A stretch of 64,000 nucleotides of DNA from the sequence record NC_019410.1; one strand, 5' to 3'. The notes beneath the pieces are model-generated. The model did not search any database and had not been told where the DNA came from. It was given only the letters and a program-made list of their open reading frames with translations. This document shows positions 43,555-52,674 of the stretch, piece by piece; positions within the stretch are counted from its first letter, which is position 1, and each line of letters starts with the position of its first letter. Both the position numbers and the translations under genes were made by a program.

Positions 43555-44570
43555 CCGACTTCCCGATCATCCGCGCCGCCATCTCGCCCCGCCGGACCGC
43601 CCAGTTCGACGCCGCCCTGGCGAACGTGAAAGCCTTCACCGAGGAAGGCGTCCTGATCAAGGCCGAGTGGAACGACATCAAGGACACGTTCAGCCGCGCG
43701 ATCGCCGAGACCTGGGACGCGTTCAAGGACAAGGAATACTATCCTCGCGCCCGCCAGGGCGAGCATGAGAACGTCGGCAAGCTCTACTGGGAGCTTCTGA
43801 GCCCCTACCCCCATGTCCTGGCCGGCTATCTGAAGAAGGTCCAGAACGCCAAGAACATCGAGCCGGCGATCCTGCGCGATTTCCCGATCGCCTTCTTCAC
43901 CGAGGCCCTGCCGCTCAACGACATGCTGGTCGCCCTGAAGCCGCTGATCGGCAAGCGCGCGCCGAAGAAGACCAAGGTCCAGATCGAGCGCGAGGGCAAG
44001 GAACGGACCTGTCAGGTCTGCGGTCGCGGCATCCTGGCCGAGAACGGCCGGATCGCCCACCACGGCTATCAGCGCCCCGGCATGGGTTATCAGACCCCCT
44101 CGTGCAGCGGCGCCCTGGAACTGCCCTTCGAGATCAGCCGCGACGCCTTGGGCGCCGACATCGAGAACCTGAAGGCCTACCGCGCCCGCCGCCAGACCTA
44201 TCGCTCCGACGTCAACCTGGAACTGGTCAGCCTGCCGGTCAAGTATCAGGTCTCCGAGCAGGACCCGCGCCGCGCGCCGGGCTTCAAGCACGTGGTCGAC
44301 AAGATGATCCACGTCACCCGCGCCGACTGGGACGCCCAGAAGGCCGAAACCCCCGAGGCCTTCGCCGGCAAGTACGGGCCGCGTAAGCCCAACTACACCT
44401 ACGAGCCCTTCACCTTCGACGCCCTGAAGACCCAGGTCCTGGGCATGGTCGACGGCGAGATCGAGTTCATCACCGGCACGATCCGGGCGCAGCAGAAGCG
44501 CTATGACGACTGGAAGCAGACGATGGAGTTCGTCGACGGCCAGTATCGGATGCTGGAGGTCGCGGCTTGA
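43551..44570 (+). CDS. hypothetical protein with Cys/His motif
   Basis: TTG start; TCQVCGR...IAHHGYQRPG.GYQT.SC.G. Confidence 0.8.
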   Translation: MTDFPIIRAAISPRRTAQFDAALANVKAFTEEGVLIKAEWNDIKDTFSRAIAETWDAFKDKEYYPRARQGEHENVGKLYWELLSPYPHVLAGYLKKVQNAKNIEPAILRDFPIAFFTEALPLNDMLVALKPLIGKRAPKKTKVQIEREGKERTCQVCGRGILAENGRIAHHGYQRPGMGYQTPSCSGALELPFEISRDALGADIENLKAYRARRQTYRSDVNLELVSLPVKYQVSEQDPRRAPGFKHVVDKMIHVTRADWDAQKAETPEAFAGKYGPRKPNYTYEPFTFDALKTQVLGMVDGEIEFITGTIRAQQKRYDDWKQTMEFVDGQYRMLEVAA

Positions 44571-44755
44571 CTATCACCGCCCACGCAGAATCCGTCCTGG
44601 CGCTCCAGGCGCAGGCCGCCGACACCCTCAATCGGGTGATCGGAGAGCGCAACGCCGCCACGGGCGCGAAGAAAACGCGCCTGCGCCGCCTGACCCTGAT
44701 CCTTGAAGACGTGATGGGCGCCTGCAACGACGCCGTGGAGGAGATGCGCCGGTGA
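44567..44755 (+). CDS. hypothetical protein
   Basis: TTG overlapping upstream TGA. Confidence 0.6.
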   Translation: MTITAHAESVLALQAQAADTLNRVIGERNAATGAKKTRLRRLTLILEDVMGACNDAVEEMRR

Positions 44756-45147
44756 TCTTCAGTTCCAAAACCCAGCCCCACTGCCGCTGCTGCGCCAAGC
44801 CGATCAAGAAGCACACCCGCCGCCACTATTTCGGCTCCAGGGAAGCCAAGGACAACGGCTGGTCGCTCGACCGGATCGAGACCCCGATGTCGGAGGACGA
44901 ACTGCGTCGGCTGGTGAACGGTCATATCGTCTCGTTCGCCTGGAGCCACGACGTCACCTACGACGCCAACTACAAGGCCGTGCGGAAGAAGACCCACATC
45001 GCCTGGGCCAACGTCTGGGACGGCGAGACCTACGAGGACGGTTATTTCTGCACCCTGCGATGCGCCGCCGCGTTCGGGAGCATGGTCGCCGAGCACTATC
45101 CCGATATCCACACCCAGGCCTACGCAGACTTCAAGGGCAAGCGATGA
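44752..45147 (+). CDS. Cys-containing hypothetical protein
   Basis: CRCC...FCTLRCA. Confidence 0.7.
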   Translation: MIFSSKTQPHCRCCAKPIKKHTRRHYFGSREAKDNGWSLDRIETPMSEDELRRLVNGHIVSFAWSHDVTYDANYKAVRKKTHIAWANVWDGETYEDGYFCTLRCAAAFGSMVAEHYPDIHTQAYADFKGKR

Positions 45148-45866
45148 ACGACGAGATCAAGAGAACCCACGAGGCCTACGGGACCATCGGCTATAGCCAC
45201 ACTCAGGGCGACACCGATCTGGTCGGCGTCGACTACGCCCAGGGCCACTATGTGACCCTGACGATCAAGACGGCCGTCGCCTATGAGGGCGAGACCCATG
45301 ACCGCTTCCACGGCGACAAGTACATCTGCAAGGTGGCGATGAGCGAGGTCCAGTGGGCCGCCTTCATCGCCAATCCGAACCGGGGCGACGGCGTGCCTTG
45401 CACCTTGCAGTTCTATCGCGATCCGCTGACCGGCGAGACCAAGCACCCGAAGTATCATCGCGAGCAAATGACCCGCGTCGAGCGCACCCGCGAGGCCGTC
45501 ACCGCCCGCGCCAAGGCCCTGTCGACCAAGGTCAAGGAGGCCCAGGCCGAGCTTCAGCGGCTGATGGACGGCGGCCCGATCAAGAAGGGCGATCTGAAGA
45601 CGCTCAAGGACCTGCTCTACTTCGCCAACCAGGACATGGAGTCGAACCTCGGCTACTTCGTCGAGCGGGTGGAGGAGACCATCGACAAGGCGGTGGTCGA
45701 CGCCAAGGCCCAGGTCGACGCCCACGTCGACTTCGTGGTTCGCGAACTGGGGGTGCGGGCTCTGGGCGCGCGGCTCCAGGAGGCCATCGACGCGGGGCAT
45801 GATCCTGGCGCCGTGGGGCAGGCCCTGATCGGGCTCGTGGCGCCGCCGGAGGCAGACCCGACGTGA
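45144..45866 (+). CDS. phage hypothetical protein
   Basis: HEAYGTIGYS...V.MSEVQWAAFI...N.GDGVPCTL. Confidence 0.8.
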   Translation: MNDEIKRTHEAYGTIGYSHTQGDTDLVGVDYAQGHYVTLTIKTAVAYEGETHDRFHGDKYICKVAMSEVQWAAFIANPNRGDGVPCTLQFYRDPLTGETKHPKYHREQMTRVERTREAVTARAKALSTKVKEAQAELQRLMDGGPIKKGDLKTLKDLLYFANQDMESNLGYFVERVEETIDKAVVDAKAQVDAHVDFVVRELGVRALGARLQEAIDAGHDPGAVGQALIGLVAPPEADPT

Positions 45867-46108
45867 GCCGCCGGTTCCTCAACCGCTGGGCCGAGGCGGT
45901 CGACGGCTCGCCCCAGTCCAAGCCCTTCCGGACCAAGGGCCTGTCGTTCGCCCATGCCCGCAGGACGGCGCGGGAGACCCAAGGGGTCGTCGCCGTCGAA
46001 CACCAAGAACCCGTCAGCGACGCCTCGCCCAACTGGGCGGTGATCGAGCGCTGGGAATTCTATCCCGACGGCCGTGAGCGCCGCACCCTCAAGCTGGAGA
46101 CCGTCTGA
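45863..46108 (+). CDS. hypothetical protein
   Basis: Coupled overlap. Confidence 0.65.
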   Translation: MSRRFLNRWAEAVDGSPQSKPFRTKGLSFAHARRTARETQGVVAVEHQEPVSDASPNWAVIERWEFYPDGRERRTLKLETV

Positions 46109-46109
46109 C

Positions 46110-46604
46110 ATGACCCGCAGCACCGCCGACATCATCGCCCGCATCAAGGCCCTGGAGGAAGACCCCAGCGACTTCTTCGGCTTCCAGACCAATGATCTGG
46201 TCTGCTACCTGCCGTTCGAGGACGCCAAGCCCTGGCTGAATGAAAACGCCACGCCCGAGGTCTGGACGCCCAACGTCAAAACCCCCGAGGCGATCAAGCA
46301 GGTCATCCTCGACTACATGGAGTTCGCCTGGGACAAGGCCAACAACCGGCGCGGCCTGTCCGCCGGCCGCTCGCTCGATCACATGAAGGCGTGGCTCTGG
46401 ATGCTGGAGGAGGACGCGGCCTGGGTCGCGGCCCTGAAGCTCTCCGACTATACCCACTACGGCAAGCCGCAGCTTCGCGCGATCTGCAAGCGCTTCGGCT
46501 GGGACTGGACGCAGTGGGACGACGGGCGGTGGTCCAGCCGCGAGTTCGGCGATGATCACGCGCCCGAGGACGTCGAGGAAGTCGGGATCATCGAGCCCGC
46601 CTGA
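46110..46604 (+). CDS. phage hypothetical protein
   Basis: MEFAWDKANNRRGLSA.RS..H..AWLW...YGKPQL. Confidence 0.8.
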   Translation: MTRSTADIIARIKALEEDPSDFFGFQTNDLVCYLPFEDAKPWLNENATPEVWTPNVKTPEAIKQVILDYMEFAWDKANNRRGLSAGRSLDHMKAWLWMLEEDAAWVAALKLSDYTHYGKPQLRAICKRFGWDWTQWDDGRWSSREFGDDHAPEDVEEVGIIEPA

Positions 46605-46612
46605 GTCTTTCC

Positions 46613-46671
46613 TGGCGCGAAAGTGTTGACAGCCTGAAGGGACTCCTCTACACCCACGCTCGACGACAACG
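46613..46671 (+). promoter_or_regulatory. repeated promoter-leader element
   Basis: TGGC-N9-TTGACA-N17-TACACC-..-CGACGACAACG-AGAGGAG; GANTC at 46641-46645 and 46603-46607. Confidence 0.85.
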
Positions 46672-46683
46672 AGAGGAGTTCCC

Positions 46684-48444
46684 ATGGCCGAGACCATGTC
46701 CCTGAGTTTCCGGATCGAAGGCGCCGCTCTGGTGGAGCGGGCGCGCGATCGCGTCATCGAAGGTAACTGGGAGCACGGCCTGCGCATCCTGGTCGAGGGC
46801 CTGCACGGCATGTCCTACGAACTCGCGATCGACATCCTGCTTGGCAAGCACACCCTGGGCGGCTGGTCCTCGGACCCCGAGGGCGTCTATCTCACCGACC
46901 AGGACCCGGAGGACGAGACTTTCAAGCGCTACAAGGAAACCCTCGACTACCAGTTCGCCGGCGTCTTCAAGCTGGACGACGGCCGGATCATGCGCCCCTA
47001 CGCGGTGGTCGACAGCTTCTCCAAGATCGACTTCGACTCTAGGGTCCGCTTCCTGCGGCTGGCCCAAGGCTCGGACCCGGTGTTCTCGCGCCCCAAGCGC
47101 TATCACGACCCCCGCGCCGAGATCAACGGCGAGGAGATCGACTGGGCCTATCGCGCCCTGCACTACGCCGACGAGCCGACCCAGGACATCGTCCGTCTGG
47201 TCCGCATGGAGGGCTTCCACCCCACGATCCGCGCGGCGGTCCTGTTCAAGGAAGTCCGCGACTATCCCAAGCTCCTGCTCCCGAAGGTCGAGACCGACGC
47301 CCAGAAGGCCGTCGACGTGGCGATCAAGGCCCAGCGTGGTCTCTCCAAGCGCGGGCACGTCTACGAGTATGGCGCTGGTCAGGACTTCGACAAGGAGCAC
47401 TACAAGACCACCATGGGGATCGATCAGGTCCCCACCGCCTGGACCGTGCGCAACCCGAAATACGTCGATCCCGACGCCAAGTTCGTGAAGGACACCCTGG
47501 CCGAGATCGACGGCGACAAGCGCTCGGCGCCGGCCGGTGATTACGCCGGCGCCATGAACCGGATGATCAAGGATGAGATGGACGGCGGCATGGACATCAG
47601 CGCGGCCGTCGCCATGACCCAGGCCAAGATGGCGCTGCTGGGCGGCATGGCCGAGGACCCCGAGCAGCGCCTGCGGGCGATCAACGACGCCTACGCCGCC
47701 AAGTACGAGAAGGCCGAGGGCCGCAGCGTCGAGGAGTACCGCAAGGCCATCATCGCCCAGGCCGGCGATGATTTCTTTGATCTCGCGTACACGGATGTGA
47801 ACGGCAAGGACGTCGTCCTGAAGGTCCCGACCGCGCCGTTCGAGCAATGGGCGCTCTGGCGCACGGCCGGCTCCCACCTCGCCAAGCCCTGGAAGCGGGT
47901 GACCTACACCGGCTTCAAGACGTTCGGCGATGATCCCTATCACACCGACTGGGTGCTGGGCGCTGGGCTCAATCCTGAGGATTGGCCGATCATCGAGGCC
48001 GACAACCCGCCGCTCCACAAGGCCGCCTGGGACAAGCGCTTCCGGCTGGCCGAGGAGAAGCTGGGCGGCAACATGCGCGTCCTGCTCGGCAAGGGCTTCG
48101 TGACCGGCAAGATCGTGATGCTCAAGCCGGGCGAGGCCCTGTCACCGGGTGAGATCGGCGTGATCCGCAACGCCGGCCCCGACTACGTCCAGGCCGCCCA
48201 GAGCGCGATCGAGCACAACACCGCCTTGATCTGCGAGAACGGCGGCAGCGTCGCCCACCTCGTGGTCGAGTACCTGGACAAGCCCCTGCGCCTGACCCGG
48301 ATCGAGAACGCGCGCAAGATTTTCAAGGACGGCATGACCGTCTACCTCGACTTTGACAAGTCGACGCGAGAGATCGCCAAGGGTGGCCTGGGGCCGAGCC
48401 CTGCCGATCTTGGCCTCGACACGGAATGGGAGATTTTCGAATGA
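46684..48444 (+). CDS. large protein with C-terminal PEP-utiliser (phospho-His swivelling) domain
   Basis: C-terminus GKG.VTGKIV...GEIGVIRNAGPDY...ALICENGGSVAHLVV...NARKIFKDGMTVYLD. Confidence 0.7.
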   Translation: MAETMSLSFRIEGAALVERARDRVIEGNWEHGLRILVEGLHGMSYELAIDILLGKHTLGGWSSDPEGVYLTDQDPEDETFKRYKETLDYQFAGVFKLDDGRIMRPYAVVDSFSKIDFDSRVRFLRLAQGSDPVFSRPKRYHDPRAEINGEEIDWAYRALHYADEPTQDIVRLVRMEGFHPTIRAAVLFKEVRDYPKLLLPKVETDAQKAVDVAIKAQRGLSKRGHVYEYGAGQDFDKEHYKTTMGIDQVPTAWTVRNPKYVDPDAKFVKDTLAEIDGDKRSAPAGDYAGAMNRMIKDEMDGGMDISAAVAMTQAKMALLGGMAEDPEQRLRAINDAYAAKYEKAEGRSVEEYRKAIIAQAGDDFFDLAYTDVNGKDVVLKVPTAPFEQWALWRTAGSHLAKPWKRVTYTGFKTFGDDPYHTDWVLGAGLNPEDWPIIEADNPPLHKAAWDKRFRLAEEKLGGNMRVLLGKGFVTGKIVMLKPGEALSPGEIGVIRNAGPDYVQAAQSAIEHNTALICENGGSVAHLVVEYLDKPLRLTRIENARKIFKDGMTVYLDFDKSTREIAKGGLGPSPADLGLDTEWEIFE

Positions 48445-48737
48445 GCGAGAAGTGGCAACCGGTGGAGGAAGCCGCCAATAACCTCTCCGGCTGGAACGTG
48501 CGCTCGGCCCAGATGGCGGTCGCCGGCGGGACCCTCTATCGGACGATCGTCTCGCGCGACAGCCAGGGCGCCGCGCCGGCGGTGAGCACCACCTTCGTCC
48601 CGGACGCCGCGCCGCAGTTCACCGTCCAGGTGACCGACGAGGACCTCCGGAGCCTTGCCGAGTGCAAGGACGTCGCCAGGGCGCGCAGCCTGTTCCGGGG
48701 CATCCTGAAGGCCCACGGCCTGGAGATCATCGCCTAG
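48441..48737 (+). CDS. hypothetical protein, similar to 40784-40963
   Basis: W..V.E...MAVAGGTLYR...V.TTFVP. Confidence 0.75.
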   Translation: MSEKWQPVEEAANNLSGWNVRSAQMAVAGGTLYRTIVSRDSQGAAPAVSTTFVPDAAPQFTVQVTDEDLRSLAECKDVARARSLFRGILKAHGLEIIA

Positions 48738-48962
48738 ATGCCGGTCTACGAACTCTCCGTCACCGCGATCCACCGCGACACCGTCACGATCGAGGCCGAT
48801 AGCGAGGAGGCGGCCCGCGCCCGCATCCTCGAAGAAGGCTATGCCAATGGGGACGACATAAAGTCGGTTCACCACGATGTCGATCCGGAGATCGAGATCG
48901 GCGACGCGCGCGATGTGACGGACGAGCAGTGGATCATCAGCACCTCGGACGAGGAGGACTAA
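48738..48962 (+). CDS. DpnD/PcfM-like small acidic protein
   Basis: YELSVTAIHRDTVTIEADSEEAARARI...Y. Confidence 0.65.
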   Translation: MPVYELSVTAIHRDTVTIEADSEEAARARILEEGYANGDDIKSVHHDVDPEIEIGDARDVTDEQWIISTSDEED

Positions 48963-49472
48963 ATGGCCGACTTCAGCCGCGCCCGCCGGTCCATGGAGAC
49001 CGCCGACCTGATCGAACGCCTCAAGGCTCTCTACGATCTGGAGGACGCCCGCGATATCCCAGACGAGGAGACCAAGGCCACCTTGAAGGAGGCGGTGGTC
49101 CATCTTGGGAGCCTGCATGCGCAGGTCGAGGCCGAGCGCGCCATGGTCAAGACGGTGATGGACCAGTCCCAGGGCTACAAGACCCTGCTCCTGACGGCGT
49201 CTGAGGACCCGGACTTCAAGCGGGCGGCCTCGCAAATTCGCCTGATGGATACCTATCCCCCGCGTCTGCGGGTGGCTGTCAACGCCTTCCAGCGGGCGAT
49301 GGACGAGGCCGGACATCTCTCGGGGCCGGAGGGCCGCAAGATCAACGACCTGATCCAGGGCCATCTCCAACATGACCTCGCCGGCGTCATGGGGATGTCG
49401 ATGAGCTACAATATCCGCGCCGCCGTCGCCGCGCTTCACGGCCTTCCGACCCCGGAGTCCAAGACCGAATGA
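48963..49472 (+). CDS. hypothetical protein
   Basis: GGAGG SD. Confidence 0.75.
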   Translation: MADFSRARRSMETADLIERLKALYDLEDARDIPDEETKATLKEAVVHLGSLHAQVEAERAMVKTVMDQSQGYKTLLLTASEDPDFKRAASQIRLMDTYPPRLRVAVNAFQRAMDEAGHLSGPEGRKINDLIQGHLQHDLAGVMGMSMSYNIRAAVAALHGLPTPESKTE

Positions 49473-49681
49473 GCCGTCGCTACACCGGCCCGCGCTTCTG
49501 GATCGAGGAGGACGGACGCGTCCACAAAATCCTCGACGGGGTCTCCGAGGTCGTCACCACCCTGACCGGGGACGAATTGAAGCTCCTGCGGGCCTGTGGC
49601 TGGCGGATAGGCTCGTCCACCCGTCGCTACGCCTACAACCCCGCCCACCTTCTCCGCAACGCCCTGGGAGCCGCCAAATGA
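49469..49681 (+). CDS. hypothetical protein
   Basis: Coupled overlap. Confidence 0.6.
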   Translation: MSRRYTGPRFWIEEDGRVHKILDGVSEVVTTLTGDELKLLRACGWRIGSSTRRYAYNPAHLLRNALGAAK

Positions 49682-50250
49682 TCGACCCGAAAGCCAAACT
49701 CGCTGACCAAGTCGCCGGCCTCGGCCGTGACGGCGCCCGGCTCTGCGCCGAGGTGCAGGAACGCTGCGCCAGCAACATCGCCGACTCCGTGCTGGAATTC
49801 GTCGCCGACGCCGAGACGATCATCGAGCGCCAGCAAAAACGCGTCGATGAACTCCAGGTCTCGACGGCGCGTCGGATGCACGTCGAGCGGGCCTATCTGC
49901 GGGTGATCCAGGAGTTCATCGCCGCCAAGCGCCTGCCGAGCCTGACGGCGTTCCATGACGCGGTCGGCATGCTCCAGGCCCAGACCGAGCAGATGAACGG
50001 CGACATCGAGCGGCTCGCGACCTATCTGCGCGGACTGGACCGGCGCGCCATGGACCCTAAGCTGAAGGACCTCGTGGAGCACCTGGACTTCTACATCTTC
50101 CACGAGTTGATGCGGAAGATTCACTACATCGAGCATTTCGTCCTGCGGGACGCCCGCCTCGCCCTGGTCAGCCTGACCGAGGCCGACTTCGGGCGGATGG
50201 GGCTGGGCGAGCGGCCCGAGCCCCCGGTCAGCCAGGACATGCCGTCGTGA
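49678..50250 (+). CDS. hypothetical coiled-coil protein
   Basis: Coupled overlap. Confidence 0.75.
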   Translation: MIDPKAKLADQVAGLGRDGARLCAEVQERCASNIADSVLEFVADAETIIERQQKRVDELQVSTARRMHVERAYLRVIQEFIAAKRLPSLTAFHDAVGMLQAQTEQMNGDIERLATYLRGLDRRAMDPKLKDLVEHLDFYIFHELMRKIHYIEHFVLRDARLALVSLTEADFGRMGLGERPEPPVSQDMPS

Positions 50251-50480
50251 TCGAGCACGTCTATCGTCGCGATCCGCGCGGGCGCGATTACGGGCTTCAA
50301 TGCCTGGACCTCGACGAGGCGCTGAAGATCGTCGCGGCCGAGAAGCAGGACTTCCTTCTGCGCTTGGTCGCGGTCCTGCACGAGAACAACCTTCTGCGCG
50401 ACGCCGACGTCATGGAACTGCTCGGCAGGGGCTGGGCGCTCGAACCCTATGATCTCCACTACAGCGACGACGACGATTAG
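50247..50480 (+). CDS. hypothetical protein
   Basis: Coupled overlap. Confidence 0.65.
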   Translation: MIEHVYRRDPRGRDYGLQCLDLDEALKIVAAEKQDFLLRLVAVLHENNLLRDADVMELLGRGWALEPYDLHYSDDDD

Positions 50481-50529
50481 GCGTTGACAACACTCTCGCG
50501 CCAACATAGAACCACCCTCGACGACAACG
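50481..50529 (+). promoter_or_regulatory. repeated promoter-leader element
   Basis: GCGTTGACA-N17-TAGAAC-..-CGACGACAACG-AGGAGG. Confidence 0.85.
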
Positions 50530-50540
50530 AGGAGGCTTCG

Positions 50541-50924
50541 ATGAAGCTCGCGACCCAAGACCGCACCGACCCGCGCCTGAACGCGCGCTATCGCCTCGCC
50601 AAGGCGGTGTTCTACTATGGCGGCCCGCACGAGTACCCGATCCACCTGAACGACTGGTGGAACGAGGTGACGCCGGCCGACGTCGAGGACCGCATCTCCG
50701 AACTCTGCCGCGAACTCTCCAAGCTGTCGGGTCAGACCCTGGCGCCGGCGACCTTCTACGAGCGGATGAAGCTGGGCTTCGTCGACCTCCCGGAAGTGAA
50801 GGACGAGGACTTCGCCACCCTGTCGGAGACGACCCGCAACAACCTGCTCGCCATGCAGGACCGCTTCTCGGTCCACGGGAGCGGCTTCATGCTCTACTGG
50901 AACATCGTCAAAGAGGAGGCCTGA
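50541..50924 (+). CDS. hypothetical protein
   Basis: ATG 50541 after AGGAGG (track start 50484 falls in the promoter). Confidence 0.8.
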   Translation: MKLATQDRTDPRLNARYRLAKAVFYYGGPHEYPIHLNDWWNEVTPADVEDRISELCRELSKLSGQTLAPATFYERMKLGFVDLPEVKDEDFATLSETTRNNLLAMQDRFSVHGSGFMLYWNIVKEEA

Positions 50925-50927
50925 GCC

Positions 50928-51287
50928 TTGGATCGCAACGACCCCGCCCAGCCCATGTGCAAGATCGCCGTCCTGGCCGGCCCCCTGTGGGAGGTCGATA
51001 CCGACAACTGCGAGACCCTGCTGGTCCCGATCAAGGACGTCCCGCACCCCTGCGCCGAGAACTTCCAGGACGAGATCGACATGGCCCTCAACATGAGCGG
51101 CGAGGCCATGGACTGGCGCCGCGTCGAGGGCTACGCCGCCGTCCTGCGCGATCCGCGCGGCGCGGACATGTCGCCCGTCGAGGGGCCGTTCGCGACCGCC
51201 GAGGAGGCTTTCGCCTACGTCAAGGACCAGTGGAGCGACCGCATCCCCGGCTCGATGGGGCTGGCGCCCTACGAGGCCCCGCAATGA
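50928..51287 (+). CDS. hypothetical protein
   Basis: TTG start after GAGGAGG. Confidence 0.7.
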   Translation: MDRNDPAQPMCKIAVLAGPLWEVDTDNCETLLVPIKDVPHPCAENFQDEIDMALNMSGEAMDWRRVEGYAAVLRDPRGADMSPVEGPFATAEEAFAYVKDQWSDRIPGSMGLAPYEAPQ

Positions 51288-51553
51288 TCAAGGTGACGCG
51301 CCGCATGACCTGGGCTGACGCCGGCCGCTGCTCCAAGACCGACTGGACCGCGTGGCTCATCCCCGCCGGCCCGCTGATCGCGGCGCTGCCGTTCGCCGCC
51401 CTGACCGGCGCGTGCCTGTCGATCAAGGACCCGACCCACACCAATCTGGCCATCGCCTTGCTGCCCGGCGCGGCGATGCTCTTCAACGGCTGGATGGCGA
51501 CGTTCGCCTTCGACCAGTTCCTGCGCGGGCGGGCCGGCGAGGAGGTCCGCTGA
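51284..51553 (+). CDS. small membrane protein
   Basis: Two hydrophobic segments. Confidence 0.7.
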   Translation: MIKVTRRMTWADAGRCSKTDWTAWLIPAGPLIAALPFAALTGACLSIKDPTHTNLAIALLPGAAMLFNGWMATFAFDQFLRGRAGEEVR

Positions 51554-51554
51554 C

Positions 51555-51983
51555 ATGAAGCTCTTCATCATCATCCTGGCGGCGATCCTGTGGCTGGGCG
51601 ACACCGCCCGCGCCCAGTCCCTGCCGTTCCGCCTGACCCAGCCGCTGAACTACGGCAGTGATCTCCACTACACCGAGACGCGCGACGCGTCCGCCTCGCG
51701 CGAGCCGCTCAAGCGGGTGATCGTCGACCTGTCGCGCTCGTCCACGGTGGTCATCGAGCGGGCCTGGACCTATGCCGAACTCGCCGGCGCCCAGACGACC
51801 TGCGGCGAGATCGTCCTCAACGGCCGCCGTCAGAGGTTCGTCCTCCAGGAAGGCCCCAAGACCGCCGTGATCGGCCCGGCGGTGCCCGCCTACTTCTGGT
51901 CGCTCGACGTGCCGGACTACCAGTTCCGCAACGCCGGATGCCTGCGCGACCGCGCCGCCCTGATCATCCCGCCGAGGTTCTGA
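51555..51983 (+). CDS. putative secreted protein
   Basis: MKLFIIILAAILWLGDTARA signal peptide. Confidence 0.75.
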   Translation: MKLFIIILAAILWLGDTARAQSLPFRLTQPLNYGSDLHYTETRDASASREPLKRVIVDLSRSSTVVIERAWTYAELAGAQTTCGEIVLNGRRQRFVLQEGPKTAVIGPAVPAYFWSLDVPDYQFRNAGCLRDRAALIIPPRF

Positions 51984-51986
51984 TCC

Positions 51987-52044
51987 TGGCGTTCTTGTGT
52001 TGACAAGGCCAGCGCCGCTGGCCTAGAACGTCGTGGACGACAAC
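51987..52044 (+). promoter_or_regulatory. repeated promoter-leader element
   Basis: TGGC-N9-TTGACA-N18-TAGAAC-..-GACGACAAC-AGGAGG. Confidence 0.85.
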
Positions 52045-52054
52045 AGGAGGGACC

Positions 52055-52411
52055 ATGCCGCTCTACGACTTTCCGACCGGACCGACCACGATGGCGGACA
52101 TCGAGGCGTTCGTCGCCGGCGCCCAGGCGGTGGTGACCGCCCAACTGGCCAAGGCCTTTCCCGGCGTGTCCGCGCCGGTCCTGGAGATCGCGCCGGTTCA
52201 CCCGAGCAGCCAGTTCGCCAAGATCGTCGCGGTCGACGCCAGCCAGCGCTCGGCCTGGGCGTTCGTCCGACTGGAGAACGGCCTGATCTACAAGCCCTCG
52301 TCGTGGAAGGTGCCGGCCAAGCATGCGCGTGGCACGATCCACACCGCCGCGCACGGCGCCGAGTACGTCGACTGGACCGGCCCGCGCTACGTCAAGGACC
52401 TGCGTCGATGA
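52055..52411 (+). CDS. phage hypothetical protein
   Basis: SAWAFV..ENG.IYKP.SWK.PAKHARG.I...WTGP.Y. Confidence 0.8.
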   Translation: MPLYDFPTGPTTMADIEAFVAGAQAVVTAQLAKAFPGVSAPVLEIAPVHPSSQFAKIVAVDASQRSAWAFVRLENGLIYKPSSWKVPAKHARGTIHTAAHGAEYVDWTGPRYVKDLRR

Positions 52412-52674
52412 GGAACTTCTCCGTTCTCCTGTCGCTGCATGACGAGCGCCGCCTCTACGTGGTCGAGGCGTCGGACCCCGGCAAGGCGGTGGCCTTCGCC
52501 AAGCGCGTGGCGGCGGCGCACGACACCGTCGGCTCCAACTGGGAGATGGAAGTCGTCTTCCACGGCGCTTCCTACCTCGCCATGAAGGGCGCTTCCGTCA
52601 AGGTCATCGATCTGCGCTCCAGCGCGCAGGAACAGGAACCGGTGCCGCACGCTCAGCGTGGGAGTGGTTGCTGA
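52408..52674 (+). CDS. hypothetical protein
   Basis: Coupled overlap. Confidence 0.65.
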   Translation: MRNFSVLLSLHDERRLYVVEASDPGKAVAFAKRVAAAHDTVGSNWEMEVVFHGASYLAMKGASVKVIDLRSSAQEQEPVPHAQRGSGC

